Source: Macrostomum lignano (lineage: Eukaryota). From it: 64,000 bases of DNA. Location of the stretch: contig NIVC01000553.1 in assembly GCA_002269645.1 (NCBI GenBank), positions 94,554 to 158,553 of the forward strand, read 5' to 3'. The notes beneath the pieces were generated by a model. The model was not told the origin of the DNA and did not search any database. It worked only from the letters and a program-made list of their open reading frames with translations. Shown piece after piece: positions 63,332-64,000 of this stretch (its first letter is position 1; every line of letters begins with the position of its first letter). The position numbers and the translations under genes were made by a program.

Positions 63332-64000
63332 GATGAGTGAGACAAAAATAGATTTAATTACTAATTCAATAAAAATATAGATTAAGATATATGGGTAAGG
63401 TAACCACTAATTCCCAGGTAAATAAATTTTCAAAAAATATAATTAAAGCTCACAAGCAGACCTCTAGCCTAAAAATATGATAGAAACTGTATATCAAGCA
63501 GAAAACTTTAAGATAATTTCTTATACCTGTTATTTGTATGCTTTTGTTCATTACCAATTTAAAGTATTATTACCAAAAAATTGTTATGGTGTTTTTTGGA
63601 AAAGGTAATTTGTTTTAGATCGATGAAGACTATTAAGCAAAAATACTTTTTTTAAAATACAAAATGTAAATAAAAAGTTTTTTTTTCTAAACTACACATA
63701 TTGACACTAGCAAACTTAACTTAATTTTTAAGTATTTGTTTAATGCAACTAAAAAATTAAACATTTTTATTCCACGAATTTTATAACGAAATGACCAACG
63801 TTCCGTACTCTGTTTCCCCATGGATATTCGTTATTGATATTCAATTTCTAAAAAAAGTTGCAAAATAAACTTGTGCTAATAAACTAATAAACTTGTACAG
63901 CTTGGATTTGCATGAAAATTTACAGAGAAATTATTACACACAAAACAATCGCCTGTGTGAAATTTCAAGTCTATCAGTCTACGCAGAGCGGAACGGCGAG

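Overview
Eukaryotic (metazoan) genomic DNA, not prokaryotic: short GT-AG exons are separated by introns packed with mini- and microsatellites. The style resembles a flatworm such as Macrostomum, but the species call is inference. Recognisable host genes are the last exon of DNAJC8 (+, 179-589), a multi-exon neuregulin-type EGFR ligand (+, 15087-40669: signal peptide, Ig, EGF, TM, long tail), TMEM18 (-, 44913-45332) and a two-exon XRCC4 (-, 50920-63331). Mobile DNA comprises a full-length Ingi/I-group-like non-LTR retrotransposon (-, 46054-50502, 9-bp TSD, (CAA)n tail) with a candidate HDV-like ribozyme, a 2A peptide, PHD, APE, RT, RNase H and CCHC; two tandem tRNA-derived SINEs; a decayed intron-containing hAT transposase in the XRCC4 intron; and a hAT-type MITE with perfect TIRs and an 8-bp TSD. 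About 35 tandem arrays make up much of the rest. The most interesting signals are the ribozyme+2A retroelement between XRCC4 and TMEM18, an ATG-less TMEM18 that fits spliced-leader AUG initiation, a 32-bp minisatellite that seems to have expanded inside a neuregulin coding exon, and a GGCGCC-core array family with shared termini. All calls are by eye from the sequence and remembered family motifs; no searches were run.
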